12,013 bases of DNA from Candidatus Oleincola secundus (GTDB taxonomy: Bacteria > Atribacterota > Phoenicimicrobiia > Phoenicimicrobiales > Stramentimicrobiaceae). The stretch is from positions 1 through 12,013 of the forward strand of contig JAGYLS010000055.1 of the NCBI GenBank assembly GCA_018400815.1, written 5' to 3'. Below the pieces are notes generated by a model. That model had not been told where the DNA came from, ran no database searches, and saw only the letters and a list, made by a program, of their open reading frames with translations. A program made the position numbers and the translations under genes. Of the stretch, positions 1 to 6,352 are shown piece after piece (positions within the stretch are counted from its first letter, which is position 1; each line of letters starts with the position of its first letter).

Positions 1-360
1 CATGCAATGCACGATCCGACAGAAGGAGGAATATCTGCCGGTCTTTATGAGATTGCTGCCGCCTCACAGGTTGGTCTTATGATTGAGAGGGAAGAAATTA
101 CGATTTTGGAAGAATCCCGGATACTTTGTAAGGAATATAATTTGGACCCCCTGAGAACGATTGCTTCTGGAGCTTTGCTGATTGTTGCTCCTCAAAATAA
201 TGCAAATAATATTATTGCAATTTTGAACAGAAATGGAATAAAAAGTTCTCTGATAGGAAAAATAAAAGAGAAAAGTTTTGGTATTAAGATGTTAAGTAGT
301 GGAAATCTTGCAGACTTGAATTTTTCTGCAAAAGATGAGATTACTAAGATTTTTGAATAA
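1..360 (+). CDS. AIR synthase-related (HypE/PurM-like) protein, C-terminal part; 5' end lies outside the window
   Basis: Frame is open from base 1 (HAMHDPTEGG...). It carries the (A)MHDPTEGG motif and the 'DPL..IASGALLI' motif of the AIRS C-terminal domain. Stop TAA at 358-360. The ATG at 7 is internal. Confidence 0.8.
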   Translation, partial: HAMHDPTEGGISAGLYEIAAASQVGLMIEREEITILEESRILCKEYNLDPLRTIASGALLIVAPQNNANNIIAILNRNGIKSSLIGKIKEKSFGIKMLSSGNLADLNFSAKDEITKIFE

Positions 361-494
361 AATTTTATTACATAAAACAAAAAAGCAAACAAGTAAAAGA
401 TACTAATTTAATAAAAATTCTCCATAGTGAGCTTAGTTATATTGTTTGCCTTATCATTTATTTTGGGATTTTTTGTATTCTGTTGGACTGGACT

Positions 495-698
495 ATGTTT
501 AACATCCCTAAAGAGCTATTCTTAGCAATCCCCAAAATCTAAAAAAGAAATATCATTACCACTATGTGGAGCATTATTGTTCCATTACTGGTCCCGCCGA
601 GTATTGTCTCCGAATGGATTCTCATGGCTACCATATTTTTATGTAAATTGAACCTCTCAGTATTTCTCTCCCGAACTGGTATGGAAATTTTAGCAGTG
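495..698 (+). pseudogene. Degenerate fragment of an ABC importer permease (FbpB/ThiP-like iron(III)/thiamine type), from the EAA loop to the next helix
   Basis: Same frame as the 564 ORF: MFNIPKELFLAIPKI*KRNIITTMWSIIVPLLVPPSIVSEWILMATIFLCKLNLSVFLSRTGMEILAV. This resembles the recalled permease pattern I..ELEEA....GA....T.RRI.vPLL.PGI.SgWIL.......EL..S..L..PGTEVLAV. In-frame TAA at 540-542. Confidence 0.55.
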
Positions 699-1188
699 TT
701 ATTTAAAGAGACTATCAAGGGAAATATTGCCTATGACCCGGAGAATTCTACAGATGATTATATTATCAAAGTAGCAAAGCTGGCTTATGCTGACCATTTT
801 ATTAAAACACTTCCCCATGGATATGATACAATTATTGATGAAGAAGCAAGTAATCTCTCTCAAGGTCAGAAGCAATTAATGACAATTGCCCGGGCAATTT
901 TATCACAACCATCCATCTTGATTCTTGATGAAGCTACCAGCAGTGTTGATACCAGGAAAGAGATACATATACAAAAGGCTATGCTTACTCTGATGGAAGG
1001 TAAAACAAGTTTCGTGATTGCTCATCGTTTATCTACCATTCAAGGAGCAGATTTGATTATGGTTATGGATAAAGGAGATATTATCGAAAAGGGAAACCAT
1101 AAAGAACTGTTACAAAAAAAATGGTTTTTATGCTGATTTATATAATAGCCAATTTGTAGTTTCGGGTTTTGAGGAAAACAATAATTAA
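699..1188 (+). pseudogene. Truncated, frameshifted ABC exporter (multidrug/TM288-like) nucleotide-binding domain
   Basis: Contains LF..TI..NIAY, signature LSQGQKQ, Walker B ILILDEATSSVD and H-loop IAHRLSTI. Lacks Walker A, the Q-loop and any TMD. The family C-terminus GFYADLYNSQF is in the +1 frame after an A8 run (1114-1121) and ends at TAA 1186-1188. Confidence 0.85.
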
Positions 1189-1211
1189 GTTATTTATAAT
1201 TATTATGTTTG

Positions 1212-1239
1212 TTGGAAAAAAAATATTTTTATGTAGAAT
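1212..1239 (+). promoter_or_regulatory. Possible sigma70-type promoter for the oxidoreductase gene
   Basis: TTGGAA (1212-1217), 16 nt, TAGAAT (1234-1239). The AT-rich context lowers specificity. Confidence 0.35.
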
Positions 1240-1363
1240 ATTAATAAGATCAGAATATATTAATCAGTAAAAAATAATAATTACCGAGGTTGTTTTAAGT
1301 ATGTAAATTTAATAATACATTTATAAAATTATCATCTTTAAGTGGTTTTATCTAAGGAGGATT

Positions 1364-2524
1364 ATGATGGATAAGCTATTTGGAGGAATAATTGGAGCAG
1401 GGAAAAATTCCTTTATTGGATTTGCACATAGAGCTGCGGCTATTCTTCATAATGAAGCAGAATTTAAGGCTGGTGTGTTTTCAAGTGACCCTGACAGATG
1501 CCTACAGCGTGGTCTGGAACTGGGAATTGAAAGGGACAGAATATATAATGATTATGCTGAGATGATTGAAAAGGAAAATAATCTTCCTGCCGAAGAAAGA
1601 ATTGACTTTGTTATAATTGCAACTCCTAATTCCTCACATCACAGTATGACAAGAGCATTTCTGGAAGCAGGATTCCATGTCATTTCAGATAAGCCTATGG
1701 CAATTTCGCTTTCGCAAGCAATTGAAATAAAGGCCAGTCAAGAAAAGTCAGGGATGGTATTTGCGCTGACACACGGCTATACCGGATATCCCATGATTAA
1801 GCAAGCCAGGGATTTGGTTAATTCCGGAAAAATCGGGAAAATAATCAGTATCCTGGTTAGCTATACTCAGGGATGGCTTTCTCCTCTTATTAATGATCCT
1901 CAAGCATTTAAAACATGGCATCTTAACCCTGCTATTTCCGGTCCTTCCTGTACTATGATAGATATCGGGATTCATGCCTTAAATCTTGTTCAAACTATTA
2001 CCGGATTGACTCCAGAGAAAATATGTGCAGATCTTAATTCTGCTATACCGGGGAATCAACTTGAAGATAATGGTACTGTGCTTATTAAATTCAATAATAA
2101 TATGGTCAATGGGCTCCTTCATGCTTCTCAGGTTTCAACTGGAGAAGGGAATGCTCTGCGAATAAAGATATACGGAGATAAGGCTGGTCTATCCTGGGAT
2201 CAGGAATTTCCAGAAGTACTGGAAATGATGAATTCAGACGGTACCAGCACTATATTCAAAAAAGGTATTTCTGCATTAAGCAAAGATGCCCTAAAGGCAT
2301 CTAATTTTCCACCAGGACACCCAGAAGGTTTTATCTGTGCATTTGCAAATATATATTCTGCTGTTTTTAAAGCCATACGCTGTATAAGAAATAATCAATT
2401 TCCATGTCCGGGGGGAGAAAGTGGATGGGATTTTCCCGGCATAGAAGAGGGAATAACAGGACTTTCTTTTATAGAAGCAATTTTAAAGAGTAATAGATCA
2501 AACGAAAAGTGGACAAAAATTTGA
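1364..2524 (+). CDS. Gfo/Idh/MocA family NAD(P)-dependent oxidoreductase (sugar/inositol dehydrogenase-like)
   Basis: Rossmann start GIIGAG..SFIG.AHR, IATPN..H, DKP motif, GYTGYPM, DIGIH catalytic motif and C-terminal PPGHPEG. SD TAAGGAGG at 1353-1360; spacing favours the second ATG at 1367. Confidence 0.92.
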   Translation: MMDKLFGGIIGAGKNSFIGFAHRAAAILHNEAEFKAGVFSSDPDRCLQRGLELGIERDRIYNDYAEMIEKENNLPAEERIDFVIIATPNSSHHSMTRAFLEAGFHVISDKPMAISLSQAIEIKASQEKSGMVFALTHGYTGYPMIKQARDLVNSGKIGKIISILVSYTQGWLSPLINDPQAFKTWHLNPAISGPSCTMIDIGIHALNLVQTITGLTPEKICADLNSAIPGNQLEDNGTVLIKFNNNMVNGLLHASQVSTGEGNALRIKIYGDKAGLSWDQEFPEVLEMMNSDGTSTIFKKGISALSKDALKASNFPPGHPEGFICAFANIYSAVFKAIRCIRNNQFPCPGGESGWDFPGIEEGITGLSFIEAILKSNRSNEKWTKI

Positions 2525-2549
2525 CATTAAAAGTATGGAAATATATGAT
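2521..2549 (+). promoter_or_regulatory. Sigma70-type promoter for the sugar ABC operon
   Basis: Consensus TTGACA (2521-2526), exactly 17 nt, TATGAT (2544-2549). The -35 overlaps the upstream TGA stop. Confidence 0.7.
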
Positions 2550-2683
2550 AAATAGGGGGTTTGCTTTTAACAATTTATTATAAATTATTATAAAAGAAGA
2601 AAGGCGGTGATGTGTTTAAGTACTAATAATCAAACATTAATACCAACAAACAATTAATAAATTTAAAAAGGAGAAAAAAGAAA

Positions 2684-3772
2684 ATGAAAAAGTCAATTTT
2701 ATGGATTTTAGTTCTGCTATTTGTTTTTTCAGTAGTAAGTTATTCGTTTGCCCAGCCAGTAGAAGTCGGTATTGTTCTTCCTACTAAGGATGAACCTAGA
2801 TGGATACAGGACGAGGCGCGTTTTAATGAGGCTCTTAAAACTGCCGGTTATAGTGCTGAGATTCTTTTCAGTCAGGGTTCTTCCGCAAGGGAAAAAGAAA
2901 ATGTTGAGGCATTGGTTACAAAAGGTGCAAAAATTCTTATTATTTGTCCCCATGACGCTACTGCTGCTGCCGCTTCTGCAGATGAAGCAAAAGAAGCCGG
3001 TTTAAAGGTTATTTCTTATGACCGATTAATTCTTGAAACCGAATCAGTCGATTATTATGTAACCTTTGACAGCATTGCTGTTGGGGAGGCTCAAGGACAG
3101 TACTTGGTTGATAAAGCTACCGGAACCGGAAACCCACTTTACCTGTATGCCGGTGCAGCTACCGATAATAATTCTTTCCTCTTTTTTGAAGGTGCCTGGA
3201 ATGTTCTTCAACCCAAGATTGCTGATGGTACTTTTGTAATTAAGAACTCAAGCAAAGCAATTGATTTACAGGACAAGGCTCAGTTGACCCGTGCAGAAAT
3301 GGGAGAAATCCTTGGTCAGATTACTACCGAATGGGACTTTACAACTGCGAAAAATCTTACTGAAGCTAATTTAACCATGGCTGGTCCTGAAGATAAGGGA
3401 GATGTATTTATACTGGCACCCAATGACGGAACTTCCAGAGCTATTTCAGATGCGTTTGCTGATGATAAGGATGTAACTAGTTATGTTAGCACTGGTCAGG
3501 ACGCTGAAATACCTTCAATACAGTACATTATTGATGGCAAACAGTCAATGACAGTTTTGAAAGACGTGAGGACTTTAGTCAAAGACGCCAGTGATGCTGC
3601 TGTAAGATACCTTGAAGGCGGAGTTCCTGAGGCCACTCATACCTACAATAACGGAAGAATCGATGTTCCAGCCAAACCTTCCAAAGTTATTGCAGTAGAT
3701 GAGAGTAATGTAAAAGAGGCAATAATTGATTCTGGTTACTGGGACGCTTCTGAGTTTACTGGCTTAGACTAG
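2684..3772 (+). CDS. Sugar ABC transporter substrate-binding protein (ChvE/XylF-like, periplasmic binding protein type I)
   Basis: Sec signal peptide ending SFA|Q with no lipobox Cys. Motifs GIVLPTK..PRW..D, VISYDRLI, YYVTFD...VG..QG, DNN, LAPNDG, TGQDAE and QSMTVLKD. SD AAGGAG at 2668-2673. Confidence 0.93.
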   Translation: MKKSILWILVLLFVFSVVSYSFAQPVEVGIVLPTKDEPRWIQDEARFNEALKTAGYSAEILFSQGSSAREKENVEALVTKGAKILIICPHDATAAAASADEAKEAGLKVISYDRLILETESVDYYVTFDSIAVGEAQGQYLVDKATGTGNPLYLYAGAATDNNSFLFFEGAWNVLQPKIADGTFVIKNSSKAIDLQDKAQLTRAEMGEILGQITTEWDFTTAKNLTEANLTMAGPEDKGDVFILAPNDGTSRAISDAFADDKDVTSYVSTGQDAEIPSIQYIIDGKQSMTVLKDVRTLVKDASDAAVRYLEGGVPEATHTYNNGRIDVPAKPSKVIAVDESNVKEAIIDSGYWDASEFTGLD

Positions 3773-3832
3773 AGAAATTTAGAATTTAATTAAACAAACA
3801 AGATTATAGTTTTGCTTGAAACCAGTAATGTG

Positions 3833-3884
3833 AGCGAAGTGAATATTTTCGAGCTGATTAAAATAATTCACTTCGCTTCCTTTT
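3833..3884 (+). terminator. Stem-loop after the binding-protein gene (partial terminator or mRNA stabiliser)
   Basis: Perfect 12-bp inverted repeat AGCGAAGTGAAT (3833-3844) / ATTCACTTCGCT (3866-3877), extendable by 5 A-T pairs with one bulge, followed by TCCTTTT. Confidence 0.7.
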
Positions 3885-3995
3885 AACTTTCATTTGATAA
3901 AATAAATTATAGATAATCATAAATATAAAAATATTAGAATAAATAGGTTTTATTTAATCATAATTTTATATTTTTTATATAAAGAGAGGAAACCT

Positions 3996-4802
3996 ATGGC
4001 TGAAAAAGTACCAGTTGTGCAGATGCGTAATATTAAAAAAAATTTTGGCGGTGTACAGGCATTAAAAGGAGTAGATTTGGTATTGCATCATAACGAGGTA
4101 CTGGGATTGGTTGGTGATAATGCAGCTGGAAAGTCTACTTTGATGAAGATTCTCAGTGGGGCTTATATTCCCGATGAAGGGGAAATATTTGTGGAAGGCA
4201 AGAAAATACATATGGCAAGTTCTCAGGATGCACATCAGCAGGGCATTGAGATGGTATACCAGGATCTGGCACTTGCCAATAATTTAGATGTAGTTGCAAA
4301 TGTTTTTATGGGGAGAGAAAAGATGAACTTGCGATTGGGCCCAATTGGTGTGTTAGATGAGCACTTCATGGAGAAAGAAACAGAACGTCTTATAGATAGG
4401 CTTAAAATTGATATTTCTTCCGTTCGTTTAAGGGTTGAAAGTCTTTCCGGTGGCCAAAGGCAAGCGATAGCTATTGCGCGTGCAACTGCTTTTGATGCCA
4501 AAGTGACTATAATGGATGAACCAACAGCTGCATTGAGTGTAGCAGCAATTGAAAAAGTTCTTGATTTGGTGAAAGAACTAAAAGCACAGGGTAATTCAAT
4601 TATTATAATAAGTCACCGAATAGAAGATATATACCAGGTAAGTGACCGAATGATGGTTCTGCGCCAGGGACGTAAGGTTTGTGATACAAAAGTCACCGGT
4701 GATATTGATACTTTTCGGGAACATGTAGTTGCATACATTGTGGGTGCACGTGACGATTTTGCTGAAGAAGGAGGCAAGCAGGCTAATGGCAAGGGCAAAT
4801 AA
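3996..4802 (+). CDS. Sugar ABC transporter ATP-binding protein (single-NBD CUT2 type)
   Basis: K.FGGVQAL start, Walker [11 protein letters not shown]-loop VYQDLAL, signature LSGGQRQ, Walker [10 protein letters not shown] and H-loop ISH. SD GAGGA at 3986-3990. Confidence 0.93.
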   Translation: MAEKVPVVQMRNIKKNFGGVQALKGVDLVLHHNEVLGLVGDNAAGKSTLMKILSGAYIPDEGEIFVEGKKIHMASSQDAHQQGIEMVYQDLALANNLDVVANVFMGREKMNLRLGPIGVLDEHFMEKETERLIDRLKIDISSVRLRVESLSGGQRQAIAIARATAFDAKVTIMDEPTAALSVAAIEKVLDLVKELKAQGNSIIIISHRIEDIYQVSDRMMVLRQGRKVCDTKVTGDIDTFREHVVAYIVGARDDFAEEGGKQANGKGK

Positions 4803-6009
4803 GTCTGAAGAAAGCACATTAATTAGAGATGCGAATAGGCTATTTCAAGAAAATATCCGTGAATGGGGTATGTATATTGCCTTGTTGGTTATTATGATAA
4901 TTTTTACTATTACCACAAAAGGTATTTTTCTTTCATCAAGAAATATAAGCAATTTAATAAACCAGACCGGTTATATAGCAGTATTGGCAATAGGTATGAC
5001 GTTGGTAATCATCATTTCTCATATTGACCTGTCTGTTGGTTATCTTTCAGGTTTTTTGGGTGCAGTAGTAGCAACTGCTATGGAATTCTGGCACATGTCT
5101 GCTCCCGTCAGTATTGTTTTGATAGTCATTTTAGGAGCCATGGCAGGATTTTTGACCGGTTTCCTGGTAGGGCAGATGAAAATTCCGGCCTTTGTAGCAA
5201 CACTTGCAGGCTGGTTGGGTTACAGAGGAGCATTGCAATTGGTAACCATGCACAGAGGCACCATTGTTATTACAAATGATGCCTTTAATGCTATAGGGAA
5301 TGGTTATATCCCTGATATTCCTTATATTCTTGATATAGGAATCCTGGCAGGAGTACATAAAGTGACGCTTGCACTCGGAATCCTGGTAATTATATTTTAT
5401 ATTATAAGTGCAATAAAGAGACGCAACAGAATGCTGTACCACAACTTTAAGGTTTTTCCATTACACTTTTTTATTTTAAAATTGATTCTTATGTCAGCTT
5501 TAATCGGGGTCATCGCCTGGATATTATCAGGTTATAGAGGATTATCATGGACTGCAGTAATTGTGATCGTTGTGGTTTTGATATATCATTTTATTATGGC
5601 CAGGACTAATCTTGGCAGGCATATTTATGCGGTTGGCGGTAATCCTGAGGCTGCCCAACTGACCGGAATTAGTGTAAAGAGAATAACATATATAGTATTC
5701 TGTTCAATGGGGATAATGGCCGCATTGTCAGGCATATTATATGCTTCCCGTTTTAAATCAGCAACTACGACAGCAGGCACTTTATTTGAACTTGATGCAA
5801 TAGCTGCTGCTTTTGTAGGAGGCGCTTCACCATCCGGTGGAATTGGGAAGGTTACCGGATCTGTTGTCGGTGCTTTTGTAATGATGTCATTAACCAGTGG
5901 CATGAATCTGATGGGTATCGATATATCATATCAATATATTGTCAGAGCCCTTGTGCTTGTAGCTGCAGTAGTGTTTGATGTCGCAACACGTAATAGAAAA
6001 AAAAGATAA
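4786..6009 (+). CDS. Sugar ABC transporter permease (GguB/XylH-like, BPD_transp_2)
   Basis: Multiple hydrophobic helices with motifs [35 protein letters not shown] and [15 protein letters not shown]. True start is likely ATG 4786 (SD AAGGAGG at 4768-4774), overlapping the ATPase stop by 17 nt. Confidence 0.93.
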   Translation: MARANKSEESTLIRDANRLFQENIREWGMYIALLVIMIIFTITTKGIFLSSRNISNLINQTGYIAVLAIGMTLVIIISHIDLSVGYLSGFLGAVVATAMEFWHMSAPVSIVLIVILGAMAGFLTGFLVGQMKIPAFVATLAGWLGYRGALQLVTMHRGTIVITNDAFNAIGNGYIPDIPYILDIGILAGVHKVTLALGILVIIFYIISAIKRRNRMLYHNFKVFPLHFFILKLILMSALIGVIAWILSGYRGLSWTAVIVIVVVLIYHFIMARTNLGRHIYAVGGNPEAAQLTGISVKRITYIVFCSMGIMAALSGILYASRFKSATTTAGTLFELDAIAAAFVGGASPSGGIGKVTGSVVGAFVMMSLTSGMNLMGIDISYQYIVRALVLVAAVVFDVATRNRKKR

Positions 6010-6161
6010 TTTTATGTTTTTTTGTATTTATTATCTATTCTAAAATTCTCCCGTTTATTCAGTAAAAATCGGTATAGTTATTTTATAGAAAAGTTAAGTT
6101 TCCAAAAAACAAAAATTCACGATATATTTCAATGTTATAATTACCTCTATTTCATCAAGCC

Positions 6162-6233
6162 TCTATTTTGGATTAGTTAAATAAAATAGATTCAGTTATT
6201 AAATAATATTTGATTAGTTAAATAAAAGTAGAT
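6162..6233. repeat. Direct repeat pair plus overlapping inverted repeat upstream of aor (candidate regulator sites)
   Basis: GATTAGTTAAATAAAA at 6171-6186 and 6212-6227, each followed within 1 nt by TAGAT. TCTATTTT (6162-6169)-N13-AAAATAGA (6183-6190). Confidence 0.6.
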
Positions 6234-6235
6234 AC

Positions 6236-6263
6236 TTCCTAAGTGTGGATCAAAACATATAAT
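6236..6263 (+). promoter_or_regulatory. Possible promoter for aor with consensus -10 and weak -35
   Basis: TTCCTA (6236-6241), 16 nt, TATAAT (6258-6263), directly downstream of the second direct repeat. Confidence 0.35.
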
Positions 6264-6352
6264 TCAGAAAATTTTATTTATAAAATATTGAATTTAATGT
6301 AAAATAGATGTTAATTAATAAAACTAATTATAAAAAATAAGGAGGAAGAATC

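Noticed and set aside
356..419. Palindrome AATAAAATTTTATT (356-369) and a nearby imperfect inverted repeat
   Set aside because: A/T-only sequence, expected by chance at this composition.
427..525. 32-aa hydrophobic ORF (GTG start, MSLVILFALSFILGFFVFCWTG...) as a small membrane protein or toxin
   Set aside because: No convincing SD, and T-rich DNA yields hydrophobic translations by chance; it may be further pseudogene debris.
564..1136. Intact 190-aa ABC ATPase as given in the ORF track
   Set aside because: It has no Walker A or Q-loop, an unrelated N-terminus and a frameshifted C-terminus, so it is treated as a chimeric pseudogene.
1134..1136. TGA as a selenocysteine or read-through codon
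   Set aside because: In-frame stops follow within a few codons, and the homologous sequence continues in the +1 frame instead.
361..1363. IS element or other mobile element responsible for the pseudogene scar
   Set aside because: No transposase fragment, terminal inverted repeats or target-site duplication could be identified.
2558..2590. ROK/XylR-like operator downstream of the transporter promoter
   Set aside because: Symmetry is weak and mostly A/T, and no regulator gene lies in the window.
4729..4785. Longer N-terminus for the permease
   Set aside because: No SD at 4729 and a deep overlap with the ATPase; AAGGAGG supports ATG 4786.
6162..6233. Mini CRISPR array
   Set aside because: Only two 16-bp AT-rich copies, too short for CRISPR repeats, and no cas genes are present.
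6010..6352. Moco/tungsten-cofactor riboswitch or Rex operator upstream of aor
   Set aside because: The region is extremely AT-rich with no GC-paired multi-stem structure visible. Only a Rex-like half site (TAGTTAA) is present, without the matching half. An Rfam scan would be decisive.
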